From: an uncultured bacterium
GTDB lineage: Bacteria; Margulisbacteria; WOR-1; CAVSGV01
Length of the DNA: 32,000 nucleotides
Direction: 5' to 3'
Assembly: GCA_963699255.1 (NCBI GenBank)
Contig: OY969425.1
Location: forward strand, 960,001 to 992,000
Of this stretch, positions 15,636 to 24,803 are shown piece after piece. Each line of letters begins with the position of its first letter. The stretch's first letter is position 1. The notes under the pieces are model-generated. The model was not told the DNA's origin and ran no database searches. It worked only from the letters and a program-made list of their open reading frames with translations. The position numbers and the translations under genes are program-made.

Positions 15636-15887
15636 ATGAGCGGATCAATAAGCGGATTATCCTTAAATTCCAGTACCGCAATATCAAGTGCGCAAGACGA
15701 GACGAATTTATTCGATGCGATCAACAGCATCGCCACAAGTTCATCGTCAGATTCGGATTCGGATGCTATTGATTCCATGGCTTCATCCCTGAATAGTTCA
15801 GCGCCATCCAGCACAAGCACAAGCGGTACCAGCTCTGTATCAAATCCCTTTTCAACTTCGGGGACGATAACGAACACCATAGCTTAG
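15636..15887 (+). CDS. Small Ser/Thr-rich hypothetical protein
   Basis: MSGSISGLSLNSSTAISSAQDETNLFDAINSIATSSSSDSDSDAIDSMASSLNSSAPSSTSTSGTSSVSNPFSTSGTITNTIA; AAAGGAG 8 nt upstream of the ATG. Confidence 0.4.
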   Translation: MSGSISGLSLNSSTAISSAQDETNLFDAINSIATSSSSDSDSDAIDSMASSLNSSAPSSTSTSGTSSVSNPFSTSGTITNTIA

Positions 15888-15979
15888 GAACGCCGCTCCC
15901 TCGTTTTGCTCATGCTCCCGCCGAAAAAACCAAAACGCCTTCAATTTACATTGCTTATTTTATTCACTATAATGCCCAC

Positions 15980-17347
15980 ATGAACAAACTGGGGCTCGGA
16001 TATGAACTTAACCTCTCAAATACGCTTGAGCTGATGCTCTCGCCGCGCATGATCCAGATGCTCAGGATGCTGAACCTCTCCTATGTGGAGCTTGTGGAGG
16101 AGATAGAGAAAAGATCCGAAGAGAACGTGATGCTGGAGCTGGAACACCCGGACAGGCTGCTGGAATACCTGAAGCACATAAGCACCGAGAGGATATCTAA
16201 AAAGGAGATCCCTTATGAAGAGCTGCCGGGAATAGAGAGCCTGGCCGACACGGCAGAGACCCTTGAGGACCACCTCCTCAAGCAGCTTGATCTTGAAGAG
16301 CTGAATGAAAAGAAAAGAAAGATCGCTGAATTCATCATAGGCAGTATCGACACGAGAGGTTATCTGCAGAATTACGAGCAGATCAGCGGAGCGATAAAAA
16401 AGGAACTGGGCGCGAGCCAGAATGAGATAGACAGCACGCTGGAGGTGATCCAGGATCTGGAGCCGGATGGCGTGGGAGCAAGGGCCCTGAAGGAATGCCT
16501 CCTTATACAGGTAAGGGAATACAACTTTGAAAGCGAAGAACTGGAAGATTTGCTGACAAAGGCGATAGAGGACCACCTGGATGACTTCGCGGAAAAGAAA
16601 TTCGACAGGATCGCGAAAGCGCTGAAGATCGGAAGGGACGGCGCCGAAAAGCTCGCCGAGTTCATAAAGAACAACCTCAATCCCAACCCGGGATCGATGT
16701 TCGCCGAGAGGCTTCCCTGCGTGATCCCTTCTTTTTCGATCGTAAAAGAAAAGGACAAATACAAGGCCGTTAACCTGGAAAAGACCTACGGCCCGTCGCT
16801 CAAGATCAGTCCCGTGTATGAAAAAATGCTGAGAGACCCGAAAACCGACGCGAAGAGCCTTGAATTCCTGAAGGAAAAACTTGAAGCGGCAAAGGATTTC
16901 CTGGAGAACATCGCGAAACGGCATGAAACGATCGAAAAAATACTTGACCTGATAATCGCGGCCCAGAGCGGATCTTTTGAAGGCGGCAAGCTTAAGTTGA
17001 ACCCTCTTATGCAAAAGAACATCGCAAAGGACCTCGGCCTTCACCCGTCCACCATCTCAAGGGCGATCGCGAACAAATATATACAGACCCCCCGCGGGAT
17101 CATCCTCCTGAAAACCCTCTGCCCCCGGGAGATAAAAGGCACGACCGGCGAAAAGATCCATAAGCTTATACAGGTCATCATCGATTCGGAAGACAAAAAA
17201 GATCCGCTGACGGACGAGGAGATAGCCGAAAAGCTGAAGAGCGACGGCCTGTACCTTGAGAGAAGGACCGTGGCTCTGTACAGGAAAAAGCTGGGATTTG
17301 AAATAGCTTCGAAAAAGAGTGAAATTTTAAGTCGGAACATACGATAA
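15980..17347 (+). CDS. rpoN: RNA polymerase sigma-54 factor
   Basis: 455 aa; N-term LELMLSPRMIQMLRMLNLSYVELVEEIEKRSEENVMLE, core-binding region, LHPSTISRAIANKYIQTPRGIILLK and RpoN box ERRTVALYRKKLG. Confidence 0.97.
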   Translation: MNKLGLGYELNLSNTLELMLSPRMIQMLRMLNLSYVELVEEIEKRSEENVMLELEHPDRLLEYLKHISTERISKKEIPYEELPGIESLADTAETLEDHLLKQLDLEELNEKKRKIAEFIIGSIDTRGYLQNYEQISGAIKKELGASQNEIDSTLEVIQDLEPDGVGARALKECLLIQVREYNFESEELEDLLTKAIEDHLDDFAEKKFDRIAKALKIGRDGAEKLAEFIKNNLNPNPGSMFAERLPCVIPSFSIVKEKDKYKAVNLEKTYGPSLKISPVYEKMLRDPKTDAKSLEFLKEKLEAAKDFLENIAKRHETIEKILDLIIAAQSGSFEGGKLKLNPLMQKNIAKDLGLHPSTISRAIANKYIQTPRGIILLKTLCPREIKGTTGEKIHKLIQVIIDSEDKKDPLTDEEIAEKLKSDGLYLERRTVALYRKKLGFEIASKKSEILSRNIR

Positions 17348-17398
17348 TATAGCGTCAAAACACCTATTCGCAAGGCCTTGACGGAAGCGGGAGAAAAA

Positions 17399-18832
17399 AT
17401 GACCGACGGTAAAGCAGACATATTGATAGTTGAAGATGAAAAAAACGTAAGAGCCGCGCTCTCCCTTGCTCTCTCGGATAAATACAACCTCTTTTCGGCA
17501 TCCGACGGGAAAAAGGCCCTCGAAATGATCTTTGAAAGGAACATCGACCTGGTGCTTCTGGACATAAGGCTTCCCGAAGTGAACGGGATGGACGTCCTTA
17601 AACAAATAAAGGACATGAGCAGCTCGATCCCGGTGATAATGCTTACGGCAGTCAGGACCGTTGATTCCGCCGTATCAGCCATGAAGCTCGGCGCCTACGA
17701 TTACGTGATAAAGCCTTTTGACATAAACGAACTGATGGCGCTGATCGAAAAAGCGCTTGAAAAAAGGAACCTTGAAAAGGAGAACGTTTTTCTGAAGAAC
17801 GAGCTTGAGAAGACCGGCGGCTTTGAAAAGATCATAGGCATGAGCGAGAAAATGAGGGAAATTTTCAAGCTGATAAAAAGCGTGGCGAGAGGCGACGCAA
17901 CGGTGCTTATCACAGGAGAGTCCGGGACCGGCAAGGAACTTGTCGCGAGGGCGATACACCACCAGAGCAAGAGGGCAAAAAAACTGTTCGTCCCGGTGAA
18001 CTGCGCGGCGATCCCCGAGAACCTTCTCGAGTCCGAGCTCTTCGGCTATGAAAAGGGCGCTTTTACGGGGGCGTATGAGCGGCGTCTGGGTAAATTCGAG
18101 ATCGCCAACGGCGGAACGATATTCCTGGATGAGATAAGCACAATGCCGCTCCCAATGCAGGCAAAGCTACTCAGGGTCCTTCAGGAGCGCGTCATAGACA
18201 GGGTGGGCGGCACGATCCAGGTAGAGATCGACGTGAGAGTGATCTCCGCCACGAATTCGGACCTTAAACAGGAGGTCGACAACAAAAAATTCAGGGGCGA
18301 CCTGTTCTACAGGCTTAACGTGATCCCGATGGTCATCCCTCCGCTCAGGGAGCGAACGGAAGACATACCTCTGCTGGTGAACTATTTCCTTGATAAGTAC
18401 AACAAGGAGTTCGGCAAAAAGATAAAAGAGTTCGACGCTGATGCCATGCACGTTCTCACTTCCTATCCCTGGCCGGGCAACGTCAGGGAACTGGAGAACC
18501 TGATAGAGCGGCTCGTGGTCCTGAGCGACAGGAACATTATCACAAAAGACAAGCTCCCTCCCGAGATATACAAAAAGCTGATGGACGAACACGCGAAAAG
18601 ATTCGAAATGGACTTCATAAAACAAGCCATACAAAAATCCAACTTGAACGAACGGCAGCTGAAAGCGATAGAACTCGTCAAAAGCCAGGGGAAGATAACG
18701 AAGCAAACCTATATCAAGCTGACCAACACCCCGAAAACCACTGCTTTCAGGGACCTGCATACGCTCGTAAAGCTCCACATATTGACCCAGAAAGGCATCG
18801 GAAAGAGCTCCTGCTACACGCTCTCGGATTAG
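17399..18832 (+). CDS. Sigma-54-dependent response regulator / enhancer-binding protein (NtrC family) with atypical C-terminal winged-HTH-like region
   Basis: Receiver ([14 protein letters not shown]...[10 protein letters not shown]...IKPFD), AAA+ with [50 protein letters not shown]; C-term [60 protein letters not shown]. Confidence 0.93.
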   Translation: MTDGKADILIVEDEKNVRAALSLALSDKYNLFSASDGKKALEMIFERNIDLVLLDIRLPEVNGMDVLKQIKDMSSSIPVIMLTAVRTVDSAVSAMKLGAYDYVIKPFDINELMALIEKALEKRNLEKENVFLKNELEKTGGFEKIIGMSEKMREIFKLIKSVARGDATVLITGESGTGKELVARAIHHQSKRAKKLFVPVNCAAIPENLLESELFGYEKGAFTGAYERRLGKFEIANGGTIFLDEISTMPLPMQAKLLRVLQERVIDRVGGTIQVEIDVRVISATNSDLKQEVDNKKFRGDLFYRLNVIPMVIPPLRERTEDIPLLVNYFLDKYNKEFGKKIKEFDADAMHVLTSYPWPGNVRELENLIERLVVLSDRNIITKDKLPPEIYKKLMDEHAKRFEMDFIKQAIQKSNLNERQLKAIELVKSQGKITKQTYIKLTNTPKTTAFRDLHTLVKLHILTQKGIGKSSCYTLSD

Positions 18833-18854
18833 CGCCCGGAATCCAGTCCACTTA

Positions 18855-18889
18855 GGACCGCAAACGGACCGCAAAACGGACCGCAAAAC
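18855..18889 (+). promoter_or_regulatory. Three tandem copies of GGACCGCAAA(A)C; candidate upstream activator sites
   Basis: ggaccgcaaac ggaccgcaaaac ggaccgcaaaac directly visible; lies about 45-80 nt upstream of the -24 element. Confidence 0.5.
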
Positions 18890-18929
18890 GGAAACTCATC
18901 ATATTTACCCGCGTCCATTATGGCTTTAT

Positions 18930-18948
18930 TTGGTATGATAATTGCTAT
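18930..18948 (+). promoter_or_regulatory. Sigma-54 promoter (-24/-12) upstream of the 133-aa protein / degenerate EBP genes
   Basis: TTGGTATGATAATTGCTAT: GG 18932-18933, GC 18944-18945, 10-nt spacing, TTGC at -12. Confidence 0.72.
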
Positions 18949-18999
18949 ATAATAGATGGAACCAATGTTTAGGCACGATCCTATAAAGGAGTGATCTAC

Positions 19000-19401
19000 A
19001 TGGCAAGGCTTGAGCCCGGTGAGCAGAATGAACAAAAAGAGATGAACCCGAAGTTCCTTTCCGTGATCCTTGACAGGGATTTCCAGAAACAGCAACTCGA
19101 GGAAAAAGACAGATCAAAGGTGGAGCTGTTCGAGCGCGGGCTCGCGTGTGAGCTATTAACGTCCGATACCATCGACAGGTCCGTGGAAAAGATAGTGAAA
19201 ATGGCCCTTGCCTGCGAATTCGGCGCGGAGCTGGTAACAAAACCGGCCGCAAAAAAAATGGTCTCCGTTATAAGCCGCGGCATCCTGTCGGACAGGGATC
19301 TGAGGAGATCCGCTCTTATCATAGCCGACAGGTTCGCGACCAGCAGGAAGACCAAGATCGTGCCTCTTAGGGGGAAGGGAAAGTCCGTGATAAATGGCTG
19401 A
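19000..19401 (+). CDS. Conserved-looking hypothetical protein, 133 aa
   Basis: MARLEPGEQNEQKEMNPKFLSVILDRDFQKQQLEEKDRSKVELFERGLACELLTSDTIDRSVEKIVKMALACEFGAELVTKPAAKKMVSVISRGILSDRDLRRSALIIADRFATSRKTKIVPLRGKGKSVING; RBS AAAGGAGTG; overlaps the next CDS by 8 nt. Confidence 0.7.
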   Translation: MARLEPGEQNEQKEMNPKFLSVILDRDFQKQQLEEKDRSKVELFERGLACELLTSDTIDRSVEKIVKMALACEFGAELVTKPAAKKMVSVISRGILSDRDLRRSALIIADRFATSRKTKIVPLRGKGKSVING

Positions 19402-20698
19402 TATTAAACCAGTAATACTTGTCGTCGATGACGAAACGAACATAAGAGAATCTTTCACCCTCATTCTGGAGAAAGAATTCAATGTGATCACCGCCGCCTC
19501 AGGAGAAGCCGCGCTTAAAAGGATCATAGACGAGAAGGTCGACCTGGTATACCTCGACATAAGAATGCCGGGAATGAACGGCATGGAAACGCTTAAGAGG
19601 ATAAAAGAAATAGACAGCAGCATTGAAGTTATAATGGTCACCGCACTGAATGACGTTGGAGGCGCGGCCGCCGCGATCAAGCTCGGGGCCAAAGATTACA
19701 TCGTAAAGCCTTTCGACGTGAAGGATATCCTGAACAGGACGAGAAGCTTTGTGATAAAAGCCCAGACAAAAGCCATAAAGCCGCCAATGGAGGATGAACT
19801 GATAGGCAACAGCAGGCAGATCCAGAACATAAGGAAAGTTGTGGAGCAGCTATCGCAAAAGGGCTCTTCCGTACTGATCATCGGGGAGAAGGGACTCGAA
19901 GCCGAACAGATCGCCGCGATCGTGAACGGCGAATCCGAAAAGGAACTGAAGAAGCTGGACGCGTCTTCCGATCTCGGAAGTTGGGTCCTTTTTGGGCGCG
20001 AGAAGGGTTCTTTCACGTCTGAGTTCGAAAAAGAAGCCGGCATGCTGGAGGAAGCGAACGGTGGCATACTGTTCATAAGGAACATAGAACTCCTTCCCAT
20101 GGACGTTCAGAAAAAGCTGGGACAGGCGCTTTCAAAAAAAGAATTTTCCCGCGACGGCTCCTCTGCGGCGATACACGTGGACTTGAGGGTTATAGCGGAA
20201 ACATCCGCAGATCCGGCTGAACTCATAAAAGAAGGCAGCTTTGACAGGGACCTTTATAACGCCATAAGCAGAACGGTGATCGAGCTGCCTCCGCTCAGGA
20301 TGAGGGAAAGCGACATACCGATACTGATAAACCACTATGTTGATAAATTTTCGATCAAATACGACAGGCAATTAAAAGTATCCCCCGAAGCCCTTGAAAT
20401 ACTCGCGGGCTATCCATGGCCCGGGAATCTGGCCGAGCTGTCGAACGTTATAGAGGCGATCATGCTGTCGAGCAAAAAGGAAGTGCTGGAACCGGACGAT
20501 CTCCCCCTGGATATCCTGATAAAAAGCCCCGCCGGAGGAAGGCCATTCACGACGCTTGAGAATATCGAAGGAAAGTTCGAAAAAGCCCATATCCTTAGCG
20601 TTTATAAAAAAGCCGGGGAAAGCAAAGAGAAGGCTTCGGCAATGCTCGGTATAGGGCTGAAGACCCTGGAATCCAAGCTTGAATCGATCAACGCCTGA
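19394..20698 (+). CDS. Degenerate NtrC-family regulator: intact receiver, AAA+ domain lacking catalytic motifs, Fis-like C-terminus
   Basis: Receiver LVVDDETNIRESF...LVYLDIRMPG...KPFD; GEKGLEAEQ instead of GESGTGKE; GSFTSE instead of GAFTGA; GGILFIRNIE instead of GGTLFLDEI; DRDLYNAIS for REDLYYRLN; WPGNLAELSNVIE for [10 protein letters not shown]; C-term HILSVYKKAGESKEKASAMLGIGLKTLESKLES. Confidence 0.88.
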   Translation: MADIKPVILVVDDETNIRESFTLILEKEFNVITAASGEAALKRIIDEKVDLVYLDIRMPGMNGMETLKRIKEIDSSIEVIMVTALNDVGGAAAAIKLGAKDYIVKPFDVKDILNRTRSFVIKAQTKAIKPPMEDELIGNSRQIQNIRKVVEQLSQKGSSVLIIGEKGLEAEQIAAIVNGESEKELKKLDASSDLGSWVLFGREKGSFTSEFEKEAGMLEEANGGILFIRNIELLPMDVQKKLGQALSKKEFSRDGSSAAIHVDLRVIAETSADPAELIKEGSFDRDLYNAISRTVIELPPLRMRESDIPILINHYVDKFSIKYDRQLKVSPEALEILAGYPWPGNLAELSNVIEAIMLSSKKEVLEPDDLPLDILIKSPAGGRPFTTLENIEGKFEKAHILSVYKKAGESKEKASAMLGIGLKTLESKLESINA

Positions 20699-21354
20699 TG
20701 GCCTCAAGACTTATCCCGATAGACCTCCTTATCCTTGACTTTGACGGCACGCTTACGGACTCGATCCCGCCCGCGGTCGCCGCGATACAGAAAATGCTCA
20801 AAAAACTGGGCCTTCCCTACAGATCAAAGAAAGAGATCAATGAACACGTCGGCTACGGAGAGCCCCCGCTTCTTGAAGGGTCAACAGGTTCCAAAGACCC
20901 GGAGCTGCTGAAGAAAGCGATGAGCACCTATGAGAAGATATATATGAAAGAAGGGATCAAAAAAGTCACATTATATCCCCACGTGAAGGGATTCCTTGAA
21001 TATTTCAAAGATAAGCCAAAAATTATCGTTTCCAACAAAAAAGATCTTTTCATAAAAATGATACTCAAGAACCTGGGGTTGACGAAGTATTTTAAAGAAA
21101 TTCATGGAGGGGATACCCTGCCCTGCCTTAAGCCGGACCCGCACGCGATAAACATCATGATAAAGAAATACCGGGTTTCGAGGAATCGGGTGTTGTTCAT
21201 CGGGGACATGACGGTGGACATCGAGACCGGAAAGAACGCGCATGTGCGCACATGCGCTGTGACCTACGGATTTGACAGCGTGAGCAAATTAAAGAAGCAC
21301 AAGCCTGATATCCTGATCGATAATCTGATGGAGCTGAAGGATCTGATAGAATGA
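20698..21354 (+). CDS. HAD-superfamily hydrolase (phosphoglycolate phosphatase-like)
   Basis: LLILDFDGTLTDSIP, KIIVSNKK, GDTLPCLKPDPHAINI, VLFIGDMTVDIETGKNA; ATG overlaps upstream TGA. Confidence 0.88.
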   Translation: MASRLIPIDLLILDFDGTLTDSIPPAVAAIQKMLKKLGLPYRSKKEINEHVGYGEPPLLEGSTGSKDPELLKKAMSTYEKIYMKEGIKKVTLYPHVKGFLEYFKDKPKIIVSNKKDLFIKMILKNLGLTKYFKEIHGGDTLPCLKPDPHAINIMIKKYRVSRNRVLFIGDMTVDIETGKNAHVRTCAVTYGFDSVSKLKKHKPDILIDNLMELKDLIE

Positions 21355-21355
21355 A

Positions 21356-21440
21356 TGCCCAGAGTCGGACTCGAACCGACATGACCTATTCGGTCAAGGG
21401 ATTTTAAGTCCCTCGCGTCTACCAATTCCGCCATCCGGGC
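21356..21440 (-). tRNA. tRNA-Leu(TAA), no encoded CCA
   Basis: Minus strand GCCCGGATGGCGGAATTGGTAGACGCGAGGGACTTAAAATCCCTTGACCGAATAGGTCATGTCGGTTCGAGTCCGACTCTGGGCA; acceptor GCCCGGA/TCTGGGC, anticodon loop CTTAAAA, long variable arm TGACCGAATAGGTCA, T-arm GTCGGTTCGAGTCCGAC. Confidence 0.97.
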
Positions 21441-21465
21441 TGGTAAAAGAAAGCGGCCGGAGCTC

Positions 21466-21912
21466 CTAAAACTTCTTGGGTTTCTTGCCTTCCTGTTTTA
21501 CCTGTATGTTCCGCTTCCAATCAAGCAGTTTTTCTTCGCTCTGTTTCAGGAAATTGGTCATCTTTTCCTCGAAAGAATTGGAGAATTTCCTCGGTTCGCG
21601 CCTTTCATATCTCCTTGGGCCGCCCGCCGGGCCGCCCGCCGACTGGCCGGGCCTGTCGAATTTCTTCTCTTCCCGCTTCTCCAGCTGCTTTATCGAGAGG
21701 TCATACTTGCCGTCCTTGGTCACGCCTATGACCCTTACCTTAACGGTGTCCCCTACTTTTAAATGCTGGGCCACGTCCGTGACATAAGTGTTCGATATCT
21801 GCGAAATATGGATAAGCCCCACGTTCCTTTCGCCAAGATCAACGAACGCGCCGAATTTCATGATGCCCGTCACGCGTCCCTCAACGATACTGTCAACTGC
21901 TATAGACCCCAT
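21466..21912 (-). CDS. S1 RNA-binding domain protein (YabR/general stress protein 13-like)
   Basis: VDSIVEGRVTGIMKFGAFVDLGERNVGLIHISQISNTYVTDVAQHLKVGDTVKVRVIGVTKDGKYDLSIKQ plus basic Gly/Arg/Lys-rich tail. Confidence 0.88.
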   Translation of the reverse strand: MGSIAVDSIVEGRVTGIMKFGAFVDLGERNVGLIHISQISNTYVTDVAQHLKVGDTVKVRVIGVTKDGKYDLSIKQLEKREEKKFDRPGQSAGGPAGGPRRYERREPRKFSNSFEEKMTNFLKQSEEKLLDWKRNIQVKQEGKKPKKF

Positions 21913-21934
21913 ATTCTCCCCTCCCGAAGATCGA

Positions 21935-23570
<1,636 letters not shown>

Positions 23571-23589
23571 ATTGATTATACCATATCGT

Positions 23590-24285
23590 TCACCATATCA
23601 AAATTGAAACAATTGCCCCCAAAGCGAGGAAAGGCGCGAACGGAATATAATCCTCCCTGTTCAGCTTTTTCAGCAGGATTAGCGCTATGCCCGCTGCGGC
23701 TCCGGTCAGCGAAGCGAAGAGAACGGATAGAAGCGTCCTCTCGATGCCGAGATTTGCCCCGAGCATGATAAGCAGCTTTATATCCCCGTCGCCCATCGCC
23801 TCTTTTTTTAACGCGTATTTTGCCGCCGACGAGATCAGGAACATGAACGAAAAACCGAAACAAGCGCCGGTCAGGCTTTCGATAAAGTTGCCGCTATAAG
23901 CCGAATACGCGAGCCCCGTGCCGATCCCGATCAGCATCAGGAAATCGGGGATCACCATGTGTTCAATGTCAATAAAAGAAATAAGGACCAGCAGGATCGA
24001 GAATATTAAAATAGCGGCGAACCGGACTGAAAAACCCACCTTTAGATAGAAGATCAATAACAGCGCCGCGGTCAGGGCTTCAACAACAGGATAGCGGATG
24101 GATATCTTTTCCCCGCAATATCTGCAGCGGCCGCGAAGGATCAAATAACTGATCAGGGGAATAAGGTCGTAAGCTCTCAAAGTTGACTTGCATTTCGGGC
24201 AGTGGGACGGCGGGTAAACGATCGATCCCTCTTCAGGGATCCTGGAAATACATACGTTCAGAAAACTTCCCGTAACAAGGCCCAA
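23590..24285 (-). CDS. Prepilin peptidase (type IV leader peptidase, A24 family)
   Basis: LVTGSFLNVCISRIPEEGSIVYPPSHCPKCKSTLRAYDLIPLISYLILRGRCRYCGEKISIRYPVVE (two CxxC), SFIDIEHMVIPD and GDGDIKLLIMLG catalytic Asp motifs. Start codon uncertain (TTG at 24285 or an upstream non-ATG). Confidence 0.93.
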   Translation of the reverse strand: MGLVTGSFLNVCISRIPEEGSIVYPPSHCPKCKSTLRAYDLIPLISYLILRGRCRYCGEKISIRYPVVEALTAALLLIFYLKVGFSVRFAAILIFSILLVLISFIDIEHMVIPDFLMLIGIGTGLAYSAYSGNFIESLTGACFGFSFMFLISSAAKYALKKEAMGDGDIKLLIMLGANLGIERTLLSVLFASLTGAAAGIALILLKKLNREDYIPFAPFLALGAIVSILIW

Positions 24286-24399
24286 AACAATTATTAGTGA
24301 GTAAATCGCTGCCGTTTCTACTTTAATGCCGCCTCTTTTCTTGACTTTACCAGCAAATAAATATATATTAGTATATCTTTGAAGTCAAATCCGTCTTGA

Positions 24400-24419
24400 C
24401 CTGCCTGCCGGCAGGCAGG
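24400..24419. repeat. Perfect 20-bp palindrome CCTGCCTGCCGGCAGGCAGG just upstream of the receiver gene
   Basis: Directly read: CCTGCCTGCC|GGCAGGCAGG, ending 13 nt before ATG 24433. Confidence 0.9.
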
Positions 24420-24432
24420 GGCAGAAAGATCT

Positions 24433-24786
24433 ATGAAAAAAATCCTAGTGGTGGACGACGAGGAAAGCGTAAGAATCATATTAAAACAGATGCTTGAAAA
24501 GGGCGGCTACAGCGTTGAGGTCAGGAGCGACGGAGAGGAAGCGCTGGGGGCGCTAAAAAGCGGCCGTTTTAACATGCTTATCACCGACATTAATATGCCG
24601 AAAATGAACGGCATTGAACTCCTTTATAAAACAAAAGAAGAGTTCCCCGCCATGCCTGTGGTCTTTATCACCGCTTACGGAAAAGACAAAACGATAATTG
24701 AGGCAATGAAAATGGGGCTCTCCGATAACATAGAAAAACCGTTCAGGATGGATGATGTCCTGAAGACCGTTAAAGACCTCATTTAA
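24433..24786 (+). CDS. Single-domain response regulator (CheY-like receiver)
   Basis: ILVVDDEESVRIILKQMLEKGGYSVEVRSDGEEALGALKSGRFNMLITDINMPKMNGIELL...VVFITAYGKD...IEKPFR. Confidence 0.93.
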   Translation: MKKILVVDDEESVRIILKQMLEKGGYSVEVRSDGEEALGALKSGRFNMLITDINMPKMNGIELLYKTKEEFPAMPVVFITAYGKDKTIIEAMKMGLSDNIEKPFRMDDVLKTVKDLI

Positions 24787-24803
24787 AGAAGGGACGTGAG
24801 CAG

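Noticed and set aside
18948-18953. TATAAT box as a sigma-70 promoter for the 133-aa ORF
   Set aside because: No acceptable -35 at 16-18 nt upstream; the exact GG-N10-GC sigma-54 match is the better explanation, though TSS mapping is needed.
16016-20371. Antisense ORFs across rpoN and both EBP genes (for example 16016..17044, 18167..18886, 19156..19692)
   Set aside because: Shadow ORFs produced by codon bias on the opposite strand; no domain-like sequence.
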